From: Takakia lepidozioides
Taxonomy: Eukaryota; Plantae; Bryophyta
DNA: 64,000 nucleotides
Direction of reading: 5' to 3'
Assembly: GCA_030704615.1 (NCBI GenBank)
Contig: CM060732.1
Location: 71,734,001 to 71,798,000 of the forward strand
The notes under the pieces were generated by a model. That model was not told where the DNA came from. It saw only the letters and a program-made list of their open reading frames with translations, and did not search any database. Made by a program: the position numbers and the translations under genes. Positions 12,919-25,050 of the stretch are shown one piece after another. Position 1 is the stretch's first letter, and every line of letters begins with the position of its first letter.

Positions 12919-14879
12919 TTACACTTTAGGACCATATCCCTGGCCCACCCTGAGAAAATGAATGTAGTGTCCCACTTGCACCTATGCCAGGAATAGCCAA
13001 TTTGCACCACATGTCAAGAATACGAAGAAATATTCTGGAAATGTACATCAAATGGGACGTTTGCTGGCCAGTGGCCCATTTGCACCTCAATTATTTCACT
13101 AGTTCATTTTGCCTATGTGCCATTACAGGCATGCCACTATGCACAGTGTGAGTCGTGCTTATCCCACACATGGGCAATACTTGCATACCTAAGGTGGATG
13201 TATCTATGTATCATCACATGCCATGCCCTAACATCACAATGTCAAATATATGTCATAGTATGGCATATGCTATGATATGTTATACATTGATATAAGTTTT
13301 AACACTATCTGTTGAATAAAGTGTTTTATGAATATAAATAAATAGACAATTTAACAAGGCACATTATCATATTGGTTTTATTATCCAAATTTATACGTAA
13401 TATCGATTAATGTTATGTCTATTGCCCACGTGCATACATCGCTGTGAATGTATGACGTCGAACATGGGAGTGTAGACAATGGACATGCGTGAAGACTCAA
13501 GAGGGTTTTATTGTGAGAAATTTGCATTTTAAATTCGGAAAGTCGGTTCCTGTCACGGGTGCAAACGGGACGCCATAGATGAACATAAATGATCATTGCC
13601 AAAAAAGTGCTTGAAAACTTTGGGAAAATCCCAAATGGTGAAAATTCTCATAAATAAGATTGCAGAAAATTACATTGCATTGGAATGGCCAGTCATGTGT
13701 GGGGGGAGATAAAATATACAAACTGAAAATTTACAATCTATTCCATTGAGAACACTCTCAAACTTGATCCCTCCAAAATGTGCTTGAAACTTGGGGAAAA
13801 AATCCAAATGGTTAATTTCATATATAAGATAAAGAATTGCAGCCAGTGATGTGTGGAATCTATCACATCCTTGTTGGATTCACAATACACTCCACCTTGA
13901 TCTCACATGTCTAGGCTGTTGGGAGTTACGTGCTTCGAGAAACCTCAATTGGTGAATTTCCTAAAAACTTATGGCATTATTGATAAATTCAGATGTTGAT
14001 GTTGAAAGATGATTGAAAATGAACCCCCCAATGCTCATTTCTTTGTTTCCTTCTGAGCACACTAGACATAGTATGGGAGTTTAATGCACATAGGAGACAA
14101 TCGGTACGGTCGTTGGGGTGGCTGGAGTTGGGGCAAGGACCACTCTCAAATATTCCCAACTTCCTGTTGCACACGCTATCCACGGGCTGCTTGTAGATTA
14201 AAACATTAAAAGAGTGGAATGTAAGAACAACAACGTATTCGGGTAGTGTGGTGGCTCGGGGTAGTGACCAACAATTGTGGTTTGAGGTTCAAATCTCTAA
14301 TGGTGTGGTGCATGATCGCTGGGTTGCAATTCAAAAAAAAAAAACATCTATAATTTTTTATCATTCCAAAAAACTTTGAAGTCTAGAAGTGGATCCCTAC
14401 TCTCCTCCTCTTGCTCCCCCGTTCCCGCTCCCACACTCCCGTCACTAGAAGCATTCGTGTCTTTTCCGAATCAATTGGGTATCCGCCAACCACTCCAGGA
14501 ACCACTTGGCAGTAAGCGGGACTACTGGAGAGTCGAAACGGACAATGTGGGCCCATGGGGGCATTTCAGACGGCGGGCAGAAGTGGGGTCAACGACTCCG
14601 GAGTCGTAGCAAAAATCCGGGCTATTTAATTAATTGCGTAAATACATAAAATTTGAAAAAGCGGAAATTACAAGTGGTTCTAATTACTGCACATGCGACT
14701 AGAAATTTTCATTCATAATTCGATTAATGAAATAAAGATATTTATTCATTAAAGTGAATATGTAGTCGACTCAACTACTCCATGAACCACTGCGCATTGA
14801 TTGCACCCGTGATTGGGGGCCACATTTGCTGACGTGTGTTTCACAAGAACAGTCAAACAAAATCTGGCCTTTGGGGGCT

Positions 14880-17790
14880 TGCATATTTTAATATGTACTG
14901 CCTCCACCTGGAAGTGACGTGGAAGGTCCATGGTGACATCGTGAAAGCTGGAATTGTAGGGTTTGTCATTCTGAACACCGCCGTGGTGGATATGTATGCC
15001 GAATGCGGGAGCATTGAAGATGCAAAGGCAGTGTTCGACTGTGGCTCAACGAGATGTGGTGTCGTGGAGTGCGATGATCGCATTGGCAGCAAGGCAAGGA
15101 TGTATGCATGATTTGTGCAGATGTAGTGATAGCTGAAGGAGTAGGATAGAGTGTGAGTCCATATTCATCCAAGAGGGTCGGATTTCAAGCTCCAGATTAC
15201 CTATGGATCCCTGTGGAAGGATAGCTACAAGAAACCTCTATGGGTAGATGGTTAGCTGGAAGCGGCAGTTGTAGCTGCACAGTTGATAAAATCAGGCACC
15301 TCAACCATGACCACAACTTCTGGAAGAGGATCAAGAGAGGGAGTCCACAATGCCTCTTCTGGCACTTATGGGCATGTGAAGATGCTTTATGAGGCAAGCA
15401 GACTGAAAGAGGCTCTACAGACTTTAAACCAAAGAGGCATTTCAGCAGATGTAGATACGTATATGTGTCTTGCCTAAGTGCATCAAGATGAAAGGCCTAG
15501 AAGTTGGAAAGCAGGTGCACACTCACATTGTCCAAAGTGGATTCACGCCGAACGTTTTTCCACTCAACAACCTTGTCAACATGTATGTTAAGGGGAGCAT
15601 CATGGATGATCACCAAGTGTTCAACACAGAATGCCTCAACGATCTTTGATCACGTGGAATATAATGATGGCAGGATTACCAAGCATGGGCGTGGTACGAA
15701 TGCTTTGGAGACCTGTGAGCAAATGATGCGCGAAGGGGTGAAGCCCAACCACATCGCGTTTGTATGTGTTTGCAATGCGTGTGCAAGCCTGGAAAAGAGG
15801 ATAGAGGTCCATGGTGACATCGGTCAAAGCTGGAATTGCACCAGATGTCATTCTGAACACTGCCCCGACCTGGACATGTATGCCAAATGTGGATGCATTG
15901 AGGATGCAAAGGGAGTTTTCGATTCTATCGATGAACGAGATGTGGTGTTGTGGAGTGCGATGCTTGCAGGGTATGCACAACAGGGACGTGGGATGGCGGC
16001 TTTGGAGACCTATGATCAAATGATGGGGGAGGGGGTGAGGCCCGGCCACTTTGTGTGCATTTGCAATGCTTGTGCAAGCCTGGCAGCCCTAGACAAGGGC
16101 AAAGAGGTGCATGGGGATATCATCAAAGCTGGAATTGTACCAAATGTCATTCTGAACACTGCCCTGGCAGCTCTGGAAAAGAGGAAAGAGGTCCTTGGCG
16201 ACATCTTCAGAGCTAGAATTGTACCAAATGTCATTCTGAATCATACCTTGGTGGACATGTATGCAAAATGTGGGTGCATCTACGATGCAAAGGGAGTGTT
16301 CAACACTATGGCTGAACGAGATGTGGTGTCGTGGAGTGCGATGCTTGCAGGGTATGCACGACAGGGACGTGGGATGGAGGCTTTGGAGAGCTATGAGCAA
16401 AGGATGGGGGAAGCACATCATGTTTGTGTGCATTTGCAATGCTTGTGCAAGCCTGGCAGCCCTGGAGAAGGGCAATAGGTGCATGGGGACATCAAAGCTG
16501 AAATTGTGCCAACTGTCAATCTGAACACTGCCCTGGCAGCTTTGGAAAAGGGGAAAGAGGTCCATGGCGACATCTTCGGATCTGGAATTGTACCAGATGT
16601 AATTCTAAACAATACCCTGGTGAACATGTTTGCAAAATGTGGGTGCTTCTAGGATGCAAAGGGAGTGTTTGAAACTATGGCTGAACGAGATGTGGTGTCG
16701 TGGAGTACGATGCTTACACGGTATGCACGGCAGGGACGTGGTTTGGAGGCTTTGGAGAAGGGCAAGAGGTGCATGGGGATATCATCAAAGCTGGAATTGT
16801 GCCAAATGTCAATCTGAACACTGCCCTGGTAGCTTTGGAAATGGGGAAAGAGGTGCATGGCGACATCTTTAGAGCTGGAATTGTACCAGATGACATTCTG
16901 AACAATACCCTGGTGGACATGTTTGCAAAATGTGGGTGCATCTAGGATGCAAAGGAAGTGTTCGACACTATGGCTGAACAACATGTGGTGTCGTGGAGTG
17001 CGATATGATGTGCTTGCAGGGTATGCACAGCAAGGATGTGGAATGGAGGCTTTAGAGACCTATGAGCAAATGATGGGGGAAGCACATCATGTTTGTGTGC
17101 ATTCGCAATGCTTGTGCAAGCCTGGCAGCCGGCCTGGAGAAGAGCAAAGAGGTGCATGGGGATATCATCAAAGCTAGAATTGTACCAAATGTCAATCTGA
17201 ACACTGCCCTGGCAGCTTTGGAAAAGGGGAAAGAGGTCCACATGACAACATCTTCAGAGCTGGACTTGTACCAAGGTGAATGCCTGTCAGATTACCAGAT
17301 GCAAAGAGGTGCACGGTTGCATCGCCAAAGGCAGCAGCTGCAGCGGCACAGTTGATAAAGTCAGGAACCTCAACCATGACCACAGCTTCTGGAAGAGGAT
17401 CAAGAGAGGGAGTCCACAATGCCTCTTCTGGCACTTATGGGCATGTGAATATGCTTTGTGAGTTGAAAGAGGCTATACTGACTTTAAACCAAGGAGGCAT
17501 TTCAGCAGATTCAGATACGTATGTCTGTCTCTTGCATAAGTGCATCAAGATGAAAGGCCTTGAAGCTAGAAAGCAGGTGCACACTCACATTATCCAAAGT
17601 GCACGCCAAATATTCTTCTACTCAACACCCTTGTCAACATGTATGTTATGTGCGGGGCATCATGGATGCTCACCAAGTGTTCAACAGAATGCCTCAACGA
17701 TCTTTCATCACGTGGAACACGATGCTTGCAGGGTGTGCACACCAGGGGCATGGTATGGAGGCCTTGGAGAATGTGGTGAGGGCACCTTCT
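14880..17790 (+). pseudogene. Degenerate PLS-class pentatricopeptide repeat (PPR) gene(s)
   Basis: Repeated GKEVHGDIIKAGIVPNVILNT, LVDMYAKCGCIEDAKGVF, ERDVVSWSAMLAGYAQQGRGMEALE motifs spread over several frames; in-frame TAG at 16650 and 16943; N-terminal RLKEALQTLNQRGISAD..TY.CL module at ~15.3 and ~17.4 kb; no E/DYW domain seen. Confidence 0.9.
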
Positions 17791-18119
17791 TCTTCGACCT
17801 ATTTCAGCCTGTTTTGCCCTCTCATCAGACTCGGCCTTGAGATGCATATTGAATTCTGTAAGTTAGCTCGTTGGGTGGATCTGTGGTGGTTTGGAATGAC
17901 TATGACAAGTAACTGCCGATGTGGCAGCAAAAAAGTATCCAAAACAGATAACAGAGATGAGGAGAATACTTTGTTGATCCTAGTGAATGGTGGAACAACC
18001 GAGGCAAAAAGTTGAATGCCTATTAGATGACGGAGAGTAGCAGACGCAATTCAGCATAGGAACTAGTGTGATTGGGTATTTCCTAGGTTGTCATTGTCAG
18101 CTGCTAGCAGCAAAGGCAA

Positions 18120-18416
18120 AGATGAATGCATGATTTGTGCAGAGGCATGGATAGCTGAAGGAGAAGGGATAGAGTGTGGGCCATATTCATCCAAGAGGGC
18201 TGGACTTCAAGCCCCAGATTACCTGTGATTCCATGTGGATCAATAGCTACAAGAAACCTAAATGGGTAGATGGTCAACTAAAGGCAACAGCTGCAGCGGC
18301 ACAGTTGATAAAATCAGGCACATCCTCAACCATGACCGCAGCTTCTGAAAGAGGATCAAGAGAGGGAGTCCACAATGCCTTTTCTGCGGGGCATGTGAAG
18401 ATGCTTTGTGAGGCAA
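18120..18416 (+). pseudogene. Third copy of the PPR 5' module, truncated
   Basis: Near-identical to 15104-15400 (atgcatgatttgtgcaga, catattcatccaagaggg, gaggatcaagagagggagtccacaatgcct); ends abruptly at a CGGGTT-rich tract. Confidence 0.8.
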
Positions 18417-18540
18417 CAACCCGCCGGATCTGGGTTCGGGTTTCTTTTTGGAAGTCCGGATCCGGGTTTTTGAAATTTGGAAATCCGGGTTCGGGTTCGG
18501 GACCGGGTTTCTCAACACGAACTCGGGTCCGGGTCCTAGT
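18417..18540. mobile_element. hAT-like subterminal repeat tract (CGGGTT/ACCCG)
   Basis: Dense cgggtt/cgggtc repeats of the kind found near hAT element ends; no TIR pair or TSD identified. Confidence 0.45.
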
Positions 18541-18914
18541 TAATTTACTAAATAAATTAGAAAAATAATATTAATTAAGGGTAAAATTATGTTAGGCTGG
18601 AATAAAATTAAATCCTAATAATGAATTTTATTTTAAGACATATTCCTTCAAAATATATAATGAATATGTATTGCTCATTTAACACAACAATTAAAATAGA
18701 ATTTGAGCTCCATTCTTCAATATCAATTCTTAAACATGGCGCGGTTACTGTGAAAGAGGTTATTTTCTCCTCTCACTATTAAGGGGCCTGATTTGTGAGC
18801 TGTTGCTCCCGGGTGTTTGCCTTTAAGAAAAAAACAAAAAACATGTTAACAGTAGTAATATGCCTCAAGGCTCATAGATCACTATAGCATGGATGTGTGG
18901 GAGCCGGCCTAATA

Positions 18915-19077
18915 ATAATATATGACGCCTCCTTTGGGAGGCATAAATTATGGTGTCACTGGACCCAAAGGGCACAACTTTGTACACCAATCCGTGGATT
19001 GAACCCACAACCACTTTTGCAATGGTATGTGGTCATTACCACTGGGCTACAACTTGGTGGGACTGGGTAGGCTGCTG
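18915..19077 (-). mobile_element. tRNA-derived SINE copy (family of 53342-53512)
   Basis: Reverse complement has GTAGCCCAGTGGTAATG (A box), GGGTTCAATCC (B box) and a 3' ataatttatgcctcccaaaggaggcgtc tail. Confidence 0.75.
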
Positions 19078-19993
19078 GAGCTGCCTATTGCTCTGTGATG
19101 GCCCATACTTTCCTAGGCTAGAAATGACCCGTTTCATCCAAAACGGCGATACACATCCATAGTATAATTTTTTGGCATATAATGCCGTTAAACCGTTACA
19201 ATGATATCTAGGTTAGGGTTAGTTTTGGCTGGTGGCCACATCCTGGCACTTCATCTGATCTAGGGTGACTAAACGGCGCCGTGGGTTTTGGCTTGTGACG
19301 CCTCGCCACGCGGCGGGCAACTGAAGCTAGGTCTTTTGTATAAAGACGGCGCCCTGACACAAGGTCAGGGCGGTGTAACTCGGGTGTTAGTGTATATGTG
19401 AAGTGAGTATACGAGCTTTGGATGAGAGCTGCTTTGTGTCAGATCCATGTGTTTGATCCTCCTCTCGCGCGTCGCCTGCTCTTTCCGCTCGCCCCTTTAT
19501 TGTGAAACCTTGCTTCTTGAGAGGAAAGGAGTATATGCTTCAGGCTTGTTTTATGGTGGAGAGAAGCCAGGTACCATAGGCGTTGGTGGATCTTGCCCGC
19601 GCTGTCAGGGTTAGTTAGGACTTTTTTGCGGCTTAACACTACCCACACAACACTAGTTTATTTTCCCGTTTGGCAAGGCCCTGTTGCTGGGCTGGTGTTT
19701 CTTTGGAAACAAATGTTTAAAAAAAAAAGAAAAAAAAAGAGCGATGGGAACCGCGCAAGGCATGGATATTATTCCGAGTTTGGACAATAAAAAATGTATT
19801 ATTATGCGTATTCAATGGAATATCGTACAACAGCACAGATAACCATAGCAGTCAAGAGCAACTTGCTCACCCGATAGCTGCTTTCTGATTGGCCCTGAGG
19901 AGGCTGGCTATGTAAGAAACCCTAAAAGTTTATCAGGTAGGTTGAAAGTGGGTAGGTCGGTAGCGGCTTGCAAGCTGCCCTCTATGCTACGTC

Positions 19994-20790
19994 AGATAGT
20001 GGCGGCGAGGTATATACGGAGCCCCTACTATTAACTAACGGTAGGGCTCCTCGCAGCCACTATCTAGTCCGTAGTTAGCTTTGGTTAAATGAGCATGTAA
20101 TAAATAGGTAGCCAGTTTCGTGGGACATTAGCATGGAATGGATGGATGTGGATAGAGATGATGGATCAATCCTGGACGAAGCTAGGGCATTATGGACTAG
20201 GTAGCATTCGAGAGGAGCCCCTGCTACCGGATATAGCAGGGAGCCAGGACCTACCGAGCCGTCATGGCGACCTGCTATATCCGGTAGCAGGGGCTTCTCC
20301 GCCGCTACTTACCGGACATAACCGGTTTTTAGGGCAGCGAGCCAGTCACTTTACCCTTGTACGTACCTACCACTACGTTTTCTATCCATTTGGAGCTGTG
20401 ATATGAAGTTTTCATCCCCGCAGTAGGTAGGTAGGTAGTTAAAATCTAGTAGGTCGTAGAATACGACATATAGCACCCCTCCTCAAATCCAGTAGAAACA
20501 TGCCATGTCAGCGAGTTCGCTCTAAAAATCCATTATGTCATGGCTACCTGCTATATCCGATAGCAGGGGCTCCTCTCGAGCACACTACCGGACATAACAG
20601 GTTTTTAGGGCAGCGAGCCAGTCAGTTTACTCTTGTACGTACATACCTACCACCACCGGATATAGCAGGGAGCCAGGACCTACCGAGCCGCGTAGGTAGT
20701 TAAAAATCTAGTAGGTCGTAGAATACCACACATAGCACCCCTCCTCAAATCCAGTAGAAACATGCCACGTTAGCGAGTCTACTCTAAAAA
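19994..20790. repeat. Complex of inverted and direct repeats
   Basis: Hairpin 19994-20065; perfect 25-bp inverted repeat 20216-20240/20271-20295; direct repeats ~20261-20371 vs ~20538-20644 and ~20433-20530 vs ~20692-20790. Confidence 0.8.
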
Positions 20791-21269
20791 TCGGTTGTGT
20801 GGCTGAGAGAGAGAGAGAGGAGGGATTATCAGAGAACAATTGAGGGTGTCGATGGAATGCTACTCTGACTTGCATTCTGAGTTTGTTTGATTGATTCAAT
20901 TCCGTGTTCCGCAACAGCTCGTCTGAGTCATATGGAGTCAGTTCCTCAATCGGAAGTTAAAAGACGAGAAAATCGACCTGTTTACCAAGAACTGCGGAAG
21001 AGATTAGAGAAGCAATGGTTGTGGAATCTGAGGTCTTTGGTTACTTTGAGATGTTCAGATATCCCACATACATTCAGTTCTAGCAATGGATCCAGGCTGC
21101 GACCTGTCATGTCAGGTTTCACTGTGAATCGAGAAAGAGCTTTACCATGGACTCACAATAGAGTTCGGACCTAGAAGAGTTCAGACCTCCTTCTAGGTAA
21201 GATCTCAATCCCCAAGTTGAGCAAAAGAGCCAGATTTTGTCTTTGTATGCTTGAATCAAAGCACTCCTC

Positions 21270-24200
21270 TCGCTTAGAATAAAATATTGAACAAGCAGCA
21301 TGACCTTTTAAGCCATTCTTATCATCTCCCAGCAAATGAGGCGCATCGTTCCTTTCTTGCCACTCATCCACAGCACCCAATGCCACACAGCCGCAAAGAG
21401 AGAGACGTATGTTATAATGCCCATGAGAAGCTCAGAGAGCCCCTAGAATGAACACGACCAGTGGAACAGAACACCTGCACCCCAACACCCAGCCACCAGT
21501 GGAACCATAATACCATAGAAGAAAGGAAGAATCATTCAAGGAACTTTACAGTGTTCACCAGAGTCCAGGAATTTTATGGGAAGAGACAGGAGAGAGAAAG
21601 AGAGAAAGATGTAGGTAACCATACATAATGCACCAAATGAGGTAAAATCAATCACATTGTAGAGTTATAAAACCACTTGTGAAGTGCTTGAAGGTACATC
21701 TTGAGCAAGCTGTAGAGTGAGCAGCATCTACAATATCACTACATTTTATTGCAATATGTGAGCAATAACAGTAAGTCAATAATTAGAGTCCAAATAGTTA
21801 AGCTGGTTAAGCTGGCTTAACATTTGGGCTACTGCGGAATAAAGCTTAAGGTACATGTAGCCTTGTCACAAATTAATTTCACATCCTCCCTCCATCGCAT
21901 ATCCTGAGTTACAGATATTTTTTTGTTTTTCAGTGTGAAGTCATGACGACCAAGATCAATGGACACTGTACAAAGCAAGAGGTGTCTAGCCTCTGGACTA
22001 TTTCAGGAGAGACCAAAAGAACTAGATCCTCTTCTCTCAGCCAGCCATTTGTTCCCAAACCAAGCTCGTGAGTTAATAAAGGCGTACTACTCTCATTTTG
22101 GTGTGGCTGTCAGTGCACCACTCCTCCGTGCAGAGTCCACCAAGTCTCTAAAGTAAGCTTTGACCTTTTTGATGTTCTCGGGAGATACATCAGATAACAA
22201 GAAACCGTGTGGAGGAATAGTTTGAGAGGAAGATCCACGAGAGTCCTCAAAGTTATAAGGAGCTGACTTGTTGCATCGAAGGTGTTTTCTGACCAGGTCA
22301 ACAGCTCGGCCAGCTTCCTCTTCTGAAACAAATGTTCCAACCCAAATCTTTTGGTTGACAGCATTCCACTCTCGTACACGAACTTCAGCTACATATTTCC
22401 CTGTGTCTGGACGAAAACGGACCAAGTAATAGTCGTCTTTCGGCAGGATGTCTATGGTGCCAGAATCCTGGGTAGTCCCTGACATAACACTTGTATCTCC
22501 CGGGAATCTCATTTGAAAACCAGCTATCCCCATCCCTCCACTTCCAAACATGTCATCAGATTGCTGATCATAAGATTGAGAGGCATAAGACCCAGCAACT
22601 TCGCTGGGAACAGACATCTCAGGTAGACTATTTCCATCTGCGGTGGAGTCGCCTCCTACTTGATCGGCTTCACTTGCTGGGAGATCATCAGTCACGACGA
22701 GTGGCAATTCCTGTGGTTTTGCAGACAAAGGTATCAATGTTGAAAACAGGAAACGCTGGATTGTTGTCTTGAAAGATCTCCATGGGGTTGAATGACCTAA
22801 GGTACAATCGACACAGTGCAAACAGCCATTTTGGCAGAAATTTCTGCTAATCTTCATTTTGAAGATATTGTTGGCGCTGTTACTTACCATTTCTTTTGAT
22901 TGATCATAGATATCCTCCTCGTTGTCATTCAAGCACTGGTTCAGGTTATGCTGAAAGGGTCTGAGAAGGTCTTGCATGCACAGCTTGGTCACGTCCACGA
23001 CATCCCAATGTTCCTCAAGTACAGAGTACTGTGGCTCGACTCCACATGGGTCATGAGCTGCTTGATAGATTGGCAGGGTCTTTGCTATGAGAGAATCAAT
23101 GGTGGCATTGCCATGCCCTGGGAGTTCCACACTGCCAGGCTCTGATAATGCAGACATCTCCAAACTTAGCCCCTCTCCTCCATCTTCTGCCAATGCACCA
23201 GGTTCTTGGGATTGCACTGTTAAGTATCTGGGTAGTTCATCCTCTGAAGGTGGGTCAGGCGCTGAGATTAGCGCAGCATGAACATCTTCATGAGAATAGT
23301 TACTGGTCAGAGCCAACCTCCTCAAATATCAGACCATACATTTGCATAACTGCGTAAGTTTAACACGTTTTGCCTCAGTCACCTAGATCTCCCCACATTT
23401 ACGTTTAACTGTAGAAAGAAAAGCGCAACCAATAACTTGCATACTCACTAATTACAGAGAAATAACTCCAGAGCATACAATTTCACGAAAGCAAACTGGA
23501 GCTCCTGTCACTATGGCTTACATATCTTAGGTGGGCAGTTTCCCACCCCCTCAGCCCCCTTTCTAGACCAGTAACCAAAAATTAAACACTCTGGCACCCT
23601 TTCAATCTCTGCCCTCGAGCAAAGAAATCTTCATACTGCACAAAAACAACGAAGTGTACGTAGTTCTTGGCGCTTTCATGGAAACCATGGCCATTAGAAT
23701 CAGCCCCCATGATTTGAATTTTTGGGAGCTCTAACCCTTTACCAAATACCGAGAAAAGGCTGAACTTCACTACCTGCTCATGTAAATAAATAATTATAAC
23801 ACCAAAACAATCATGTAGGCAAGCAAAAGGATAGGATGTTATCCTTGCAAACCACTGAAGTACAACCCCTAGTGTATAGAAGTGTTGGTATGCTCCCTGC
23901 CTCAAGGGTGGTTCGTAGCCCAGACTTTCATTCTATCACAGTCAGTTCCTCATGAAGACTTTCCGAGATACTTCTCCGTCGTTCCACTCACAAACGCAAG
24001 TGGAATGCAATTTCAAACTAAGATGTGAACTTAGTTTTCCCAATTAGCCTACAAGTTAGGGTTCCACGGAGAGACATACACACACCCTGAGCGATCAAGA
24101 AAACGCTGGAATAATCAGAGGCAAAACACAAACTTAAACGCAGAGGCAAAATTCAGGAGAGGTATTGAGAGACTGGGAACGGAGCCACGCGCAGAGGGCT

Positions 24201-25050
24201 GTGGGTAAATGGTCGCAGTTGCAGATGTATTCTCCCTCCCATGTTTCGCAGAGATCAAAGCGAGCTGCAAACAATTGAAACTAACAAAACTCGATTCTTT
24301 GTTGACTGTGAGAGACTACACTTGGAACTAAAGTATATTTGGGCATCCCCACTGAACAAACCTGCGATGGCGCTTGCCACGAATGGTGTCGGTGTCCTCG
24401 GTCTCAGTCCGATACAAGCAGCATTCTGAATGCAGGGACGGTGTTCGAAGACCAGGGCACTGGGCACACGTCACATTCTGCGAACTGGCCATGAGCCTTC
24501 CAAAATGACAGAGTTCAGCCACTCGTTGTCTTGGATCAGACTGAAGCGCAGAAAAATTGCTTTCCGGCATCTTTCCGAGCTTCTATTGAACACTTGCAGT
24601 ACTCCCCCGCCTTATTTGCAGGCGATGTTTCCTGCCTCTCCCTCTTCCAATCCTTCCTCCTCAGTGACATTAATTGGACGTCCAAGTTCTTGCAGGTTTT
24701 GATCACAGGGAAATAATTCGAAATGCTAAGAAAAACTCCGAAGCAGCTATGTGCGGCCCCCAGTCTGTCTCCCCAATGCAAATCTCTCTCTCTCTCTTTG
24801 GCTCCCTTTACTTCCTTTTCTCTCTCTTAGATTCTTTCTCTACTCATCCCTTTCCTTTCCTCTCTTCATGTCATCGATGCGACAAAGACTCTGCAAAAGT
24901 GAAGCTTGCGAGAATGCAGAGCGAAGAATGTTCGACGCTCATATGCTTCTCAGGCCTCCGCAGAGAGATGACACACTTGCGAGATGGATAGACAGATACT
25001 ATGTACGTTTTCTCGTACTAATGGACTGTGCCTCATCCATCCACAATTTA
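21270..25050. repeat. Segmental duplication unit, copy A (others ~33740-36900 and ~38440-45980)
   Basis: Shared blocks in all three copies, e.g. gatgtaggtaac, ttgagcaagctgtaga, caaaagaact.ga.c.tcttctctcagcca, aaactggagctcctgtcact.tggcttacat, agcccagactttcatt, ctcggtct.agtccgata.aagcagcattct. Confidence 0.9.
22093..23325 (-). CDS. Atypical single-AP2-domain protein, copy A (open frame; true start and exon structure uncertain)
   Basis: 410-codon open frame; divergent AP2 domain YYLVRFRPDTGKYVAEVRVREWNAVNQKIWVGTFVSEEEAGRAVDLVRKHLRCNKSAPYNF at ~22250-22432; acidic low-complexity N-terminus; likely intron 22887-22711. Confidence 0.72.
   Translation of the reverse strand: MRRLALTSNYSHEDVHAALISAPDPPSEDELPRYLTVQSQEPGALAEDGGEGLSLEMSALSEPGSVELPGHGNATIDSLIAKTLPIYQAAHDPCGVEPQYSVLEEHWDVVDVTKLCMQDLLRPFQHNLNQCLNDNEEDIYDQSKEMVSNSANNIFKMKISRNFCQNGCLHCVDCTLGHSTPWRSFKTTIQRFLFSTLIPLSAKPQELPLVVTDDLPASEADQVGGDSTADGNSLPEMSVPSEVAGSYASQSYDQQSDDMFGSGGMGIAGFQMRFPGDTSVMSGTTQDSGTIDILPKDDYYLVRFRPDTGKYVAEVRVREWNAVNQKIWVGTFVSEEEAGRAVDLVRKHLRCNKSAPYNFEDSRGSSSQTIPPHGFLLSDVSPENIKKVKAYFRDLVDSARRSGALTATPK

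Noticed and set aside
15780-17275. CRISPR-like or satellite array
   Set aside because: The repeats translate into PPR motifs, there are no unique spacers, and the context is eukaryotic.
19090-19650. Solo LTR (TG..TTAACA, TATA-like core)
   Set aside because: LTR-like texture, but no matching TSD could be found for any candidate pair of ends.
24240-24780. Conserved coding exon in the 5' part of the duplicated unit (QNAACIGLRPRT)
   Set aside because: Shared only because of the duplication; frames break differently in each copy and no domain is recognisable.
21270-25050. The AP2 unit as a Pack-MULE or Helitron-borne cassette
   Set aside because: No TIRs, TSDs or TC/CTRR termini shared by the three copies were found; tandem segmental duplication is simpler.
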